A DNA stretch of 58,534 bases, filler included, from Sphacelaria rigidula (taxonomy: Eukaryota), in assembly GCA_964200075.2 (NCBI GenBank). It is 2 parts of 2 records of this genome, joined end to end, with 100 filler letters (N's around TTAATTAATTAA, not from the genome) between each part and the next. Parts side by side here need not be neighbours in the genome. Positions count along the whole stretch, not along the records: positions 29,346 to 58,534 come from CAXNAA020000086.1; 1 more part is not named here. One strand, 5' to 3'. The notes beneath the pieces were generated by a model. It did no database searches, was not told the DNA's origin, and saw nothing but the letters and a program-made list of their open reading frames with translations. Shown in pieces: positions 36,101-50,300 of this stretch; the first letter of the stretch is position 1, and each line of letters starts with the position of its first letter. Both the position numbers and the translations under genes were made by a program.

Positions 36101-38589
36101 GTACACCACCGTACTTCATCGGCTTCGTGAACTGCAAAACTCGCCCACCCAGTACTGCACTGGTGGAGACCGACATAACCTTACCATCCATGCATTATAT
36201 ACCGTACTTCCAGTGTCTAGTACTTCCTGTATCTGTAATGGTGCTCCTCGGCCAGGTCAGACATGTTTCCTTCTAGGTATTTTGGTGTTGAACGCGCTGT
36301 ACCACAGTGCTGTGATGCATCATGCTGTAAGGAAACAGCGCTGTCCTGTACTGACAGTATACACATAGGTCGCACATGTCTCACCCACGGCTAAATATTG
36401 AACCGTGCAGCAAGGCAGTGGTCGCCCCTCATCCCGCTGTCTACGCTGTTCTCGGTCATGTGTCCTTCGTGTCGTAGATTGCTCGGTGCACTCTCTTGGG
36501 CGGCCCATTTGTCAGAACTACTCCACGAGAATTCACCCAGCAACGATTCAACATACCCTCGACACCAGAAGGTATACTTTTCTTGTTCACCAATGGAATC
36601 CGCTGTGTACCAACCAAACCTTGGAAAATACGCAGCATAATCGAAAAGAGCACTGTGTTTATCATAATATAGTTTCTAGTGCATTAGGTGGCATTCCATG
36701 CTGTACGCGGCACTTTCTATTTACCTCGTGACCATCACCAAAACTAGATTGTTCTGAGACAAGGTTGCGACTAAATTGTTCCGAGACGAGGCTGATCAAC
36801 AGGTGAAACGCAGATGACCGCTACTCGTATTTGCATCGAGTTAGCGGCCGGGCTGCCCCATTTCGTCGAGATAGTCAGCGGCACACTGATACTAGCAGAA
36901 GTAGACACCATACAGTGGGTTGAGGGAGTGTGGAATGTACACCAAGGCTTGTTCTTGACCACTGATGAAAATCGTCCGTGTGCACGCATGACTCAAGAAC
37001 GCCACTACTGATGCTAAATCGCTCAGGGGTTCTCTCGTATCCCTTCGACCCACTCTTATGAGAGCACGAATCGGGCAACGCATTACTGCCGTGAGGGTTG
37101 ATACAAAGGCGGTCAAGGACGGTCCTTGCCAGCGATGATTTACGGTGTTTTCTCTGGTAACTCCTGCTGCGGATGCAAAATGGTGAATGACACTCCTTCA
37201 TGCTTCAATTTTGAAGCAGCACCCTGCCCTACATGGCGCCGTCTATCTCTACTCCCTTGCTTCGTGCTTTCAGGACTTCGCAGCACGCGCTCCCACCCAT
37301 ACTCCGTCAGACCCACAACTCGTGTATGGAATGCTTTTCAACCATCGTCGGATGGCTCTACATTTTCAACAAGCTTACAAAGGGTCATGCACACGGTTCG
37401 TGAAATCGTTCACGGGTCTAGTAATCATGTCGCATGTCCAGACTTGCTTCGATTGCACGGTTAACGACGGGGGCAGCTAGGGGGTAGTCTCACAGGCCGA
37501 TCAGCAGAATCTACATGCGAGAAAAACCCAAGCCTCGACCATGCGGAAAATCATACGCTAATTCGCTCGCAGGGAAGCCCAGTGCAAACGGATAATCGCG
37601 CGCCATGTATCGAACATGGTGTTTGTTATGTGTTGCTGAGAAATCGCCACGCACCGCCTGTTTGTATCGTACTGTTCGTGATGCGAGCCCGATGCATGAC
37701 AACAGGGTCACGCGTTCCTCCACAGCCGGACAGTGTAGACTGTGCAAAATTACTACGAGAAAGACTACAGCTGGATCGAATCGCATCGACAAGGATCAAG
37801 GCTGGCACGCGCTACTCAAGCCGTTTTGCCCCCCCGACCCTGCCCCGCATCACGAAATAGTGCCACGTACTCAAGCAGCACAGTTCAGGTGTGACCTATG
37901 AAGAATCAGTGAAGGTAGTGCGGCCCAGTAAACACGCTCTCGGCTTGCTCGAAACACGTGTAGAAAAACACGGGAGATGCCCTAAGAACGCTACATACCG
38001 AGTGACGGGGCCCGTAAACCACTCTACCTCGCACCTTGTGTATGCTAACCTTGTTCTTGCCAAGATCAATAGCAGCAAATTCTCCATCGCCTCCTCGAAC
38101 AGCAGGACTGGCGCCTTCGTCCCTGCCCACCGCAACTAAATCGTCACGACCCCCGCCTGGAGCGACGCCACCACTCCGACCACCGTGCGCGGCCGTCAGA
38201 CTATAATCGTGCACCACAGAAACACCCACAGCGAACATGACCAATACAACAGTAGCTCCGATAGCTCGTCGCAGAGTTGATACTGCTCCCTGTCTTCCGG
38301 GCTCTTGCTGCATGCCATCAACACCACCGAGCAATGACTCGTATCTCCGAGAAGCACTTTCAGTGCTACCGTTGCTGCCAGTCAAGGTCGGGGTGCTCGC
38401 CATCGTACTACCGTACGATCGAATGGCACGAGGTGGTAGAGTGCAGTCTGACGCCGTTGCCGATCCCGCTGCGGCGGGATGAATGGAGTAGCCACCGAGA
38501 CCATAGCAAGCAGCACCACCAGCACCATCGCCAAGGCCATATCCACCTGTTTGCTGCTGCGGCTGCTCCTCGTCACCTTGCCGCACCAT
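30105..38589 (-). CDS. Tyrosinase / type-3 copper oxidase family protein with N-terminal membrane anchor; at least 9 exons, 3' exon(s) not found
   Basis: Phase-consistent exons: 38050-38589, 35727-36045, 34811-35085, 33891-34042, 33483-33675, 32535-32672, 31326-31580, 30838-30945 (GC donor), 30105-30363. Motifs: VRREIRNLTDEDREAF (tyrosinase domain start), CuA histidines (AYHDSK..YHDGMQFLTSH), LPIWDF, CuB VHGDLH..SPMDPIFWVLH. Exon 1 has the hydrophobic segment AIGATVVLVMFAVGVSVV. The last visible exon ends at a GT donor, so the stop codon lies in or beyond the assembly gap. Confidence 0.9.
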
Positions 38590-41045
38590 CCTCACCACCC
38601 CGTGAAGTGAACACTTGGCGTTTCTCGAAGGTGAGTGAAACCTCGGGTCTAGACCGAGTGTTTTTCCAAAACTGGAACACGAGTCGGCCAGCGTCTGCCC
38701 CAGGACTGCTGCGACTCTGCTACTATTGCAGTGAGGTTTTGGTATTCGGGTCTCTTGAACTGCCAGTGGGAGGTGTTCACTGGACCACCGAGGTAGCCTG
38801 CGAGGGGTAGCAGCGAAGAGGGATACGGAGCGAGTGTGTCGAGAGGGGCTGGATCAGGGGCGCTAGAACATCTGATTCCAGACGCAGGCTCGCTTTCGCT
38901 GTCCATCACGTCTAGACAGAAAGCACGGCACGTGCTCCGAATCCTCACTTATGTCACTTCACTTGTTCCTATCGAGAGCTGGTGACAGTCAGTACTTTAC
39001 TACTGTTCCCCTGCCTACATACAGAATTCCGGTGACGTGCAGAGTGCAGGGTAGACCCGAAATATCCAGTGCAACCGTGAAGCACTACTTTTTTTTGCGG
39101 CGAAACACGGTCAGTAAAGAGTGCTGGGTTGAACAATGCGTCATGCGACAGAATCGTGACCTATTTGGGGCTTTGGAGCTTTGAAACTTTGGTGTTGTCA
39201 TCGTGGGAAAACATTTCTACATACCTGTGAACCACCACAAGTGATGCATGTTCATGGTCCACGGCAGGGCCATCATGAACGTAGGAAAATTGTGACCAAG
39301 CTGCAGCGATGTGCCCTTCCTTATGTTTGTGTCGCAACGATCATGTTGAATCACCTACACACTGTGTCATCTCCAAAGGTGCAAGAATACACAGGTGGTC
39401 ATTTTCCGTCCGCGAGACTTTGGAAGATCCGATCTCGATTTCGATTATCTCGCGATCTCGGTATCTTTTCCTTGAGCGTACGCAGCCTCAGGGATACAAT
39501 GCCGTGCCTAGGTTCCCCCAGATGCTCATGCGTTCACGTGTTTTTTCTGTACGCAGGCTATGCATGAGACATAATTGTTCTGTCTCTCGGAGGCCCCTCT
39601 ACTTGTCGAGAGATCAGGGATATCGGGTTCGGGAAACAAATATGCCCACTGGTGGAGATTATGGGCATTCAAAAATATAATGTTCAAGACTGGACGACTG
39701 GACGGAATAGACACAACGCTAGCAGCATACTGTTTCGCGATCGTATCATTCATGTGTCACCCATTTCTACAGAGACCACTCTTCTTTTCGGTATGTTGTA
39801 GCTCACGGGAAAGCCAGTTCGTCCGCGCGGGACGTGCTGAGCTAGACTGCACGCTATCTGGTTCTCGCAACTTGAGTGCCCTGATTTGTTGCAGAGTACA
39901 GTACTGTGCAGCAAAGACACCAGTACAGTTTTCGTATGTATATTGGCGAGCCCACATGCATGGCGCCGTATTCCGGCGAAAATCGGACCGGAATCGCCGA
40001 AATAGGCTGTTTGAGGGGGAAAAAATCACACCATGAGAAGCGGCAGAAGACGTAGCTTTGGGTAGCGGAGCTGTAATAGAGCTAAAGGACTTGCTATGGA
40101 AAAGAGTGCATATAAAGTCGCGACAAGAGTACAGTAGACAGCTGAGTGAGGTGGGACAACAGGAAATTTTTCGGGGCGATACTCGTACACGGGGAGACCC
40201 CAACAACGGTATCTTCTGTGGTCTCCTCAAACGGTAACCGAACGGTATTGTTTTTTTTTTGTCACAAAAAATGAATAAATGTGTATGATGATTGATTGAT
40301 AATAGTGATGCGACATTCGACCGGGTTCAAAATCTCGACGACTTGGCACCTCCTGCTGCTGCTGCTACTGCTGAAAGCTTTGAATAATCCGTGGAAATCT
40401 ACTGTATAGTACTGTGTGATGGTAAATACACTCCGGAGTAATAAGTTTTAAGAACGTTTTGGGCACATGTGTATAGTATTATCGTTCTTTGTCATCATAT
40501 CTATATACATACGAGCTGCGGGCCAGCCAACGCAGTGCGTAGTTTTCTCGCTCAGGCTACGGACATCGTGAAATTAGGAGTTGGACGCGGGAATTTTGAC
40601 AACAGCTCATTACAGATAAGAAGAGGTGTCCAAGTCGACTCCCGGTATCCTGGTTTATTCGCTGGCTCTGAATTGTGTACTATTTATTTGTTGAAGTGAA
40701 AGTGATCGCGATTCATAGGAGGACCTGACCAGCCGGTCTCATCATCTGATGAATTGCCATCACTTTCACTTGAAATAATACAATAAGACAAACCAGGATA
40801 CTGTACCGAGAGAGCAGAATATGACGAGAGCATCAAAGAAAAAAATAGAATGAAGCTATGGGGATTTGAAAATTCAGCAAAACCAAGATAACGAAGTCCA
40901 GCAAAAAAACGAGACTCTGCAGCTGCTCCCATGATGTATCATTATTATTCCTTCGGGTGCAGAGGATCTTCGTGAAATTTCAGCTCAAGAGTCGTTGAAT
41001 TGGCCCGTGTGCACAACGTTTTGCGTGACGCTGCTGCACCCCTAT

Positions 41046-41117
41046 GATTCAAGTGATAGCAGACTCCAATTATGGAGGTCATGAGTTCGAATCCCGACAG
41101 ATGTCTCTTTTTTTTCA
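41046..41117 (+). repeat. tRNA-derived relic / SINE head
   Basis: A-box-like tgattcaagtga, B box GAGTTCGAATCC, then a T9 tract. It does not fold into a full cloverleaf. Confidence 0.4.
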
Positions 41118-41409
41118 TCCGTCGTGAAGGTCATGTATTATGAGGTACATTTTTTCATTCATTTCTTCACTCAGCGGCGGTGCCGTGTGTTACCAGGTTG
41201 GTCTGCACTTTATCGTGATAATATGCTTACATCGGGTTCATTTGGCAAAATGGGAAAGCTGTAGTGTGGACAACGTTTGGCCGCTTCTAAGCTGGCCCAG
41301 CTCATATGCAGCTTCGTGTGCCAGACTGCGTATATACAACAGTAGTGGGCGGTCTACAGCAGTAGTAGCTGTTTTATGTGGCATTTTGTGATTTTTCGTC
41401 ACTGGCGAT

Positions 41410-41860
41410 TTCCTTGGGCTCTTTTCTCTTGCCAACACTTATGACATTGGGGATCTGAAGATATTTGTATCCGCTCCACATTCCAAGGGAAAAAAATCAT
41501 GTGTACTCAATATTGAGTGACCTACGGGCTGACCGGTCATCGGGGGTCCTGCCACGTTTCAGCCCAGATGCTTACTCTTCGGTATTTTCGGTCAATCAAG
41601 CCTGTCCCGATCATATTTGTGAAAAAAAATACAGTTTTATTTTTTTAATTATACCTACTCATTATACACTAGAGCCGAAAAATTATATTTCCCGTTCAAT
41701 AACACCCTCCTGATAAACGGGGTATTTACTCGTATCGCCTGATAATACCAACTAACATTGATTCGGTCAGTGTGTTTCGAGGACGATCTGTTTATTGTAC
41801 TAGAATCTACCGACGCTAGCAATTTCGAGTTTTATCGAAGAGTAGCACGCGAGGAAAACC
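41410..41860 (+). repeat. Dispersed degenerate repeat family B (copies at ~29470-29960 and ~6350-6955)
   Basis: Shares ggatctgaagata..catccgctccacatt and tcatcgggggtcctgc with 29520-29640, and cctgataaacggggtat..cgtatcgcc with 6807-6840. All copies are in the same orientation. Confidence 0.7.
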
Positions 41861-41924
41861 CCAAAACACCCCAGAAAAGTTAGACCGCACCCACTACTGT
41901 GCGGTGTGCCACGAAAAATATCCT

Positions 41925-42140
41925 CAACCCTTGGACCGCGATGCGGGTAGTCCATCTGGTTCATGCCCACTGTTTTCAAGTGAACTTGATGCCGATTCAA
42001 CAGATGATGACGTACTCTCGCAGTATAAGGGTTAATAATCCTTTGACCGCGAGAGAAGGTCACCCGCTGAATCGGCATCAATATCATTCACTTGAAAAAT
42101 TATGCGTCATCCAGATGGACTACCCGCACTGCGGTCTAAT
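41925..42140. repeat. Inverted repeat of an ~85-bp unit, with a third copy at ~42547-42632
   Basis: gaccgcgatgcgggtagtccatctgg...ttgatgccgattca pairs with tgaatcggcatcaa...ccagatggactacccgcactgcggtc. A direct copy of the right arm starts at 42547. Confidence 0.7.
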
Positions 42141-43887
42141 GCATCGATACCCACTCGTACGGAACTGCCAAGTTTGGGGGCGATCTCAGTTTTTTTACGA
42201 CAGATATAAGGGAAATCGTCACGAGGCTCCCCGGTGGGTCTTTCGTGCGTCACCAATGAATGGAAAAAGACGGTGCCGCAGAACCCAAATCACCGAAACA
42301 CCAGGTTTCGGGAATACTTCGGTCTCGTGCTAATCGTTTGCAAGTCTGTTTCCTCCGTTAGATTCCTGAGCTAATGGCGGTTACTACGATTTGAAGCGTG
42401 TTATAGTGAAGATTGGGTGGAAATTGGGCTTGGAATTAATTCGTGTTTTCAATCTCAGAAAAAATTGAAGGGCACTGATTGGTCGAGGTACATTTTCGTC
42501 CTTAGCCCCACCACTATGGCCTTAAACCTTAGACGGCGAGAGTAGGTCACCTGTTGATTCGGCATCAAGCCCACTTGAGAAAGTATGCGCGTGATCCAGA
42601 TCGACTACCCTCCTCGCGGTCTAAGGGTTGAACACAAATCCGGCTATGTCACTCTCTTCAGAAGTCCATGGCGATCAGTATTATTTTTTTTATGTATATG
42701 CAAACCATTCGGTAGGTATTGTGACAAAAGGTATTTGCTGATGATAGAGTTTTGGGTGATACGCGTGAATCAGCCTTTGTTTTATATCCCAAGAGGCCTG
42801 CTGCTACTACAATTTTGGTAATTCAGTAAAGATTTCGGTCTGAGTACTGTAGTATAGGACGTTGCGGATGAATTGTACCCCGTCGGAAATACTTGCTGTA
42901 GTACTCTCCGAAAGGATTGTAGCCCAGTTTTCCTTTATTATGTCGTACACCTAGTTTGACGTTTTGACCGAGAAAGCTATTTTCAGAAGAAAAAATAACT
43001 TCGAGTTCTTGCAACAACACATATACAAGCATAATATTATGCCGATATCAGAGGAACGCGTTTGCTTTGGGAATAATGGTGGGGGAAACGTTTCCTCGGC
43101 CAAAAAGTCAAGCTACTCGGCCTCGGCGCACGAAGGATCGGGGAAAGGCTCTCACATCGTCATTGTTTAACCGGGCACAGGTCTCACATGACAATCATCA
43201 AGCCGAACGGCGAATGAAAGTGGATACCTCAGATGATCATCCCTGAGCCGAGAACAACAAATCCCAAACGACGATCTCTGAATGAACGGCAACGAACGGT
43301 GAAAACCTCACATGTATACGTATCACTCTCTGCATCGGGCAACACCCTCATATGACCGCACCCTTCAACCGGACGGCAATAATAGTGGAGACTTCACGTC
43401 ACCATTTCTACCAACGCCCCAAGACCTCACCTCGTCTTCGACACTAAGGAGAGGAGAACTCATCTATCGATTGATATGTGCATCATTGTTGTTGTTGTTG
43501 TTGTTGTCTTCACATTATTACGACATACTCCCTCTGTCCGAAAATATAATTCCCATTTGGGGAAAAAATATAAGTCCCATTTGGGAATTCGGAATACAAG
43601 GTCGGTTTGTCGTTCAGAGCGTTGCAATCCGTTTTTATGCCTATTTTTTTGTCGTGCTCCCGATGGTAGTACTACTGTTGAAGAAATGGCCTAAAACAGG
43701 GAATGATTCGTTTTCATCCCCTCCCATGGATTTTTTTAGCCCCAGACGGATTTGCCGAAGATCTGGTCAGTAAGAAAAAATACCGTGTCGTTTTCCCTCA
43801 GTTACGTGGCGAGGAAAACTTTTTTTTCAGTCGTTTTTTTTCCGTGGAATCTTGGCTACATGCAGCCACCTGTAGGCATGCACTTTG

Positions 43888-43911
43888 ATATATATATATA
43901 TATATATATAT
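43888..43911. repeat. (AT)n microsatellite (others at ~48852-48872; (TTG)n at ~43486-43506)
   Basis: Read directly from the sequence. Confidence 0.9.
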
Positions 43912-44020
43912 CGTTGATCGGGAGCAAAACTACAGGTTGCCAAAAATTGGGACCTTTAAACAAAAAGAAAGGCATGAAGGAAGAAAAAAAATGAAAAAAA
44001 GTGTTTTTCGAAAAAAACAC

Positions 44021-44075
44021 GGTGTTCAAGGAGGGAATCGAACCCAGCACCTGCTCTTTCGTAGTCTAGAGCGTT
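44021..44075 (-). repeat. tRNA-derived relic / SINE head (tRNA-Arg(ACG)-like 3' half)
   Basis: The minus strand reads ctctagaCTACGAAagagcaggtgctGGGTTCGATTCCCtc, an anticodon-like loop plus B box/T arm, followed by T runs. The D arm and acceptor stem are not intact. Confidence 0.45.
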
Positions 44076-46934
44076 TTATTTGACATAAGGTGCAAATCGG
44101 ACTAAAATTTTCGGGCAGAGGGAGTATATATTTATGCTGATTGAATCGTTGATTAGTTGATTGATTGTTCGATCTGATGGACTCGTTATATTCAAATCGT
44201 CAGCCATTCTTCAGATCCTGAACGATACAGACGATCCAGTCGACGCACTCTGAGCGCACTAAAGGTCAGACACCCTACTCGTGGGAACAATCGATGGTGT
44301 CAATGTTTCGATCCAAAAACAATCAACCAGGCTATTGCATTCGTTCTACAATATGCTCTATGGCGAGCATGTACAAAAAAGGCACCGATGCGAATCGGAC
44401 GATTTTGAAGATAAGCTGCTGTAACGTCACCGAATCTTGTCGAATCGATGGACTAGACACGGCATATTTATTGTTCGTACGAGTGACACCTCCGTCCTTT
44501 GTTCGGGGTGCAGAGGCTGTACAGTTCGCTATCCACACCAGCTCCAGTCTGTAGAAAATGGTCCAAGATCTGAAAAAAATGCATCCATCTGATTCTCACG
44601 AATGTTGTTTGTCATAGAAGCTCTGAATGTGTACCTTCTTGCGTTATGTTTCGCTCGACGGTTGCAAAGCTTAGTTCTAAATTATACCCCTTCAGCAAGC
44701 ACTAGCGCGCCTCCTCCAACCACTCCCCCACTCTCCCACTCCTCTCCTCTCGCGTACATCCTGCACTGAGTGCAGGGATGCGAAGTCAATGGTCTTACGA
44801 CTACGCGGCATGCAGAATCATGGGTACCCCCCCCCCCTCACTAAATGTTGTTCGTTTTGTACGGACGAATCCGCCCGCCGGTCCGCTTTTGTCCCTTCGC
44901 CTGAGGTTTGGGAGGCTAGTGTGTTCCTCGTAGATCCTAGACTCCCAGTTGCCCATCAAAACTCGTCGCGCATGACGGGATGGATTCGACCGTGCCACCC
45001 TCGACCCGATCACCGCTGCAGTAACAAAATCGTCATCAACACTCTCTCCCTGTCGTTCGTCTTCCACTCGCCGAGTGATACCATTACAGTAGGCTCATGC
45101 TAGCTAGGCGAAAATACGACGGTGGTGTTACTATTTGCACTATTTGACTCCGTTTCTTGCGGCAGAGTATATCGCTGCGCGCGGACGTTTCGACGAGAAA
45201 CGGTCCGCGGGCAGGGCTGCTCAGAGACACGGTCATCCACGGCAGTTGTACCAGGGAGTCGCCCCCACAGACACGCTTGCCTTTTCTCACATACACCATG
45301 CATGACATGGTTTCGGATTACAGCTGGGATCACAGTTGCGTGTGAGGTTGAGAATATGTTCGAGGACCATGATCAGGTGTCAGGGCTGGTGTTGGGGCTG
45401 AGGGGAATGAGCATGACTGCGTGGGGGGAGGCTCGGTGTATCTCCTCTTTTTACGGGTGTATCGTGAGAGGATAAAAGTGTACGTGCTTTCGGCCTCATG
45501 CAAACAACTTTTGAGGTGATCGCTCTCAATGCCCGTCCCTGAAGCTGTATGCGATACTGAGAGGATCTCAAAAACAACAGGATTAGGTCAGGTTCAAATG
45601 GATCCTCGGGCAAGCGGCCTCGTGGTAGACATGGGAAGAAAGGGGGAAAGAGAGAGAGAAGACGAATGGAGGGACGGAGAGAGACAGAGACAAAGAGAGA
45701 GACAGAGACAGACAGAAAGACAGAGTTTGCATGCCATAGTCAAAAGACCATTGACCTCGCACCCCCATAAAACCGGGATGGAGCACGCCGGGTTTTCGCC
45801 GGATCCGGTTCGCAATCAATCACCAAGCGCAAAGCGCCGTCGTGTGTTCGGCGAATCGCATGAAGGTTGAGCTGCATCCTGCTAATATTGTTCGGTCCGA
45901 AGCGTACTGACTATATTGCATTTGAATGACAGCCTTCAATGAGTTGCTTCATTTTCTTGTATCGTCACTTCCAGAGACAACCACGGCTTATACACTGCCT
46001 CATTGGTGTCTCACCATTGAAACACTACGTAGTACGATCATCCCCTTTGCGGGGAGTTGAGGTTCTCCCACCCCGCACAATATGATCTACCTCGACTAAC
46101 ATCATGGTTGCCGCAAAACAAATACAAACGCGCGAAAAAAACGGCAACCTTGCTGCCTAGCTTACACAGTGAGTGGTGTATTTTACGGCGTCATTGCCAA
46201 CCGAAGCCAACCCCATAGGGAGTCCGCCACTACAAAGCCGGGACGGAGTACGCCGGGTTCTCGCCGGACCAGGGTAACGCGCACGGGAGGGGGGGGGGCG
46301 TACTCATTTGTTTCTTGCTTTAGTTGTTGAACCACCGACCACGCATCCCTTTCGAGACAGAGCACGAGGCACTGAACAGTTTGGAAAACAATCACCCAAG
46401 TAAGTGCTACTTTTCGCTGTTTTGCGTCTGGAGCATGTATGTTTGCTTTGCCCCACCAGTGTTGTGCGAGTCGAAGCGAAGTGGGCACAGGGGAAAAGGC
46501 GCTTCGTCCTGGAGTTGGTGAACATGAGCGATGCCAACGGTATGTCTCAAGTCATTTTACATATCGATCCCCCTATCTTGATCGCTGTAGATGATGTTGC
46601 CCAGCACCTGAGAGACCATGGGACAGCAGTAAACTTACAGTGCGTGAAGCTATGCGGCCAAAAGTACTTGTGAAAATAAACGCCACGCGAAGTTGGCTGC
46701 AGCTGCGCTTAATGCCAGCTATGTCAGTGTTTAAGATGAGGGTAAGTAAGAACCCGTCCTGCCGTATTATTTCGAGTGGAGTTTTGTCTAAACGGAGAAC
46801 ATTGGGGATACGACTTGGCGAGCAGTGTCTGCAAGTTCAGCACCATCCCTTTCTCCCCTCAATACTGGAGAAGATACGCTGAATACTGGACAACAGTCAC
46901 AACCGTGGCGTTGCAGCTGGAGAGACGTATCAGA

Positions 46935-47385
46935 AGCTAACAGCCGATCATTGGACTTGAGGATGGAGCTTTTCATTCAGGATGAGAACCCGGAGGATTG
47001 AAATCTTCGTATCCACACCAAATCTTCGAAATATGGTTCAATTTCTTCTCCTACCGGTAGCTATTGAAAACTGCTACACGTCCTACAAAATTGAACTTCG
47101 ATAACCGAATTTTCGGGGTCCTACATGAAGATTTGGGGGGGAAGGGCATTTAGCTGATCCGATCACGTCGCCGAAATACCCCAAAAAGAACTTCATGTAG
47201 GAGCCCAACATTTTGGTTGTCGAAATCCAAGTTTGTATGACGTGTAGTACTTGTCAATAGCTACCAGTAGGAAAGGAATGTGACCATATTTCGAAGATTT
47301 GGTGTGGATACGAAGATTTCAATCCTCCGGGTTCTCATCCTCAATGAAAAGCTCTATCCTCAATTTCAATGATCGGCTGTTAGCT
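46935..47385. mobile_element. Palindromic MITE/fold-back element, family A copy 2
   Basis: Inverted arms agctaacagccgatcatt...aatgatcggctgttagct. The inner part of the arms is homologous to 3411-3852, while the outer parts differ. Confidence 0.85.
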
Positions 47386-50300
47386 GGCTTCACAACAGAC
47401 GACAAACACATTCCCACGTCTGACGTCTGTCGTCTACGTACACATTTTTTTGATCGGTTAAAACAAGTAACTCGTGAAATACGATTGGTCAATATTCCGT
47501 CGTCAACGGCTGACGTCATCATCCACGACCCTTCGGAGCGCACGGACTGTTTGACATGGATGATGTCGCACGGCATCATGGTATATAGACTTTACTTCAA
47601 TAACACGCACCAGCAACGTCGTCAGGAGCGACCGCGTCTTCCAATGAAGAGGTATGCTGGGCGACGTGTGTCCGTGTTTCGGCGCTTCTCGTCGTCTGGG
47701 TCGAGCAAGGCCTGTGACGATAACGCCGGTAGAGCCGAGTGTCCTGTGCTTTGTTGCAGGAACATAAACTGTTATGTAATCAAGTATTACGAATTGTTCA
47801 CCGTCGAATGGTGGACAGTGGCCACTAAATATCAAGACGGCAGTTCACTGTAATCGCAGCTGTACTTGCTTCGGAAGGCCCAGGATATATCTGTATCTGG
47901 GTGCTCTCGTCTATTGTTCCTGCGCGCCTTCTGTCGCAGGCAAGGAGCCCAGCCGTGGCGGAGGGAATAGTGGATACCTATTGATCCTCCTCCAAGTGCT
48001 CAAGGGTGTGCAGGTGCTTGGGATCCCCGCTGCTGCTTCAAAAAGTGAGATACGGGTATTTATCGATGCTTCCACTTTGCTCCCCGCCGACGTGGGTGAG
48101 TGAGAGCAGCTTGTTCTCGAACCTACCTTTCCGCAGAAGATTCCGCGCCGTGGTGTTCGCCATTGCTTTCGTGCTTTCGGGTGCGGGTTGGATACCCTAG
48201 GGAGGGCCGCTTGTGGAAATTGAATGGAAAGGTTACTCCATACTGCTTTTTTTCTTCTTCTTCTATTTGCTCAGTACTGCTTTTTCATATTTGCGGTCCA
48301 GCAGCAGTACTGTATTTCTTGTCGAATTAACGACACGTGCGCGGTAGTCGTGAACCGGTAGAAAGAGAAGCGCCATCATCCAGAGGCGCGACGAAACGAT
48401 GTAACCTGCCCGGTGAGATACTGCAAGTACGAACGACTTGGTGAGTTAAATCTACACACCAAACACCGACGAAGATGAGCGAATGGATGCAGGGTAACCA
48501 GCAACGTTCAGACACAGCATATCTCAGGTTGTCTGGGAACTCTGCCGCGTTACCGCAGTGCCAGACGGGAATGAAATGGGGCCCCCCTTTTTTCCCTTCT
48601 GGGTTGGTACGATATACGCGTACCGATATTTCGTTTGTTCGGCCCCCGCAACGTTTTACCTGAACAAATAGTACATCTCAAACATGCCTGTTCTCACATT
48701 GTTCTCCTTTGGAAGACACCCACGCTCGCACAATTCATCTTGCAGCTTACTTTAAATAACACACACATTGAGCCATGATAATACCACTAGTAGAGCGGTG
48801 CACGTGCACCATTTGGCAGAGACAACGCTTCGCTGGTTAACGCACACACACATATATATATATATATATATAATTTATTTTCATGAGGTACAAACGGGTT
48901 ATTTTATCAGTTTGTCGTTGGAATTTCACCGGGTACCTGCTCTCCTCCTCTGCACGCGCGGTAAATAGCGCATTCTATTCGGGTACGCCACAGCTGGAAG
49001 TTTTCTAGCTTCGATACGCGGACGACTACACCTGTGCACGTAACCCTCTGCATCCGTCAGGCGGATCGTAGACTCCACTGCTGCGAATAGCAAGACAAGT
49101 GCATAACTCCGGATCGCCGTCATGAGCCCAGCCGCTGTCCCCGCAACCAGACAAGCCTCTGCGTGTTCACGCGCGCCCGCTCTTTACTCTTGTCCGCAGG
49201 CGGAGTACGCACCCTGTGAAGTTGGATCGAAAAGCAGAGACGAGGCGAAACCTTGGACACACACCTGAGACCCGCTGTGAGTGGGCACGTCGCACTTTCT
49301 GTGAGCTCCATACGGCTCATGGCGACAGGGTCATGTTTGGAGCGGGGTATCTCTCGCCTCAACCCGTGGATGTTGTACTGTTCTCCGAATTTCGGACCTG
49401 CAAGCGTAAGGCACAACGCAAAGTGTTTGTTGTCGCTCCGTTTTCATCTCCAAGTGGTCAAAAGACCATGCGACGTACGCGTCTCAAGGGGTAGAGCGAC
49501 GTGGGTAGAAGAGATGTCTATCGATGCCTGTAGCGCGGATGATCTTTGCCCTCCAAAAGGCCAAGGTGCCCCGACGGCTTGCATGACGTAGCCGTCGATA
49601 TGTATAACGCATGTCTCGAAAATGCCACCCCAAGCAGCAGGAGGGAAACGCGAACCTCCTTTGGGAAATGGCGGAAAGTTTATAACGCAACACCTGCGCT
49701 TGCGCCTCTTGGCTGAGACCGACCCTGTGGCAATGATATCCACGATCGGTTGTCTGATTTTTTATTGATTGTCGCATTTTAACTGATCTCCCAAGGATCC
49801 AGACGTGGTCACACGATAGGCGTGCCCAAGGGAAAACAAAACTGGAACACTCGCTGGAGAAAAATAAGAAACAACAGGAGTAGAACAGAACATCATAGTA
49901 GACTAAGACTTCAAAAAAAAGAAAACTCGGGCCCTGCCACATGGCTTCGGCGTACAAGATCTTGCACAGAACCACACTGATACCCAGTTGTCGTAATAAA
50001 AGGCCGTGGGAGAAAAAATATTGTCGCTCATCTACTACAAACGCTCTATTTCGGGTATGGACCCTCTCACCCAAAGCGAGTGAGTGATGCTACGGTAGGG
50101 GTGCACAAATATTTTCTGAGGTCAGAATTGTGAAGAGCCCTTTTTCTCGTGCAAAACACGACTTATGAAATATGTGAGAGCATGCCAGGATTTCTACTCC
50201 AATGTGCTAGGGATATCCCGAGCGAATGTGCAAACGGGGATGCCCTGGCCCATATTCTTATGCATTTGGAATCGTTAGGAGCCCCTAAACTAGACAAGGT

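Noticed and set aside
35613-36368. 251-aa + strand ORF
   Set aside because: It is the antisense shadow of tyrosinase exon 2 and has no protein-like features.
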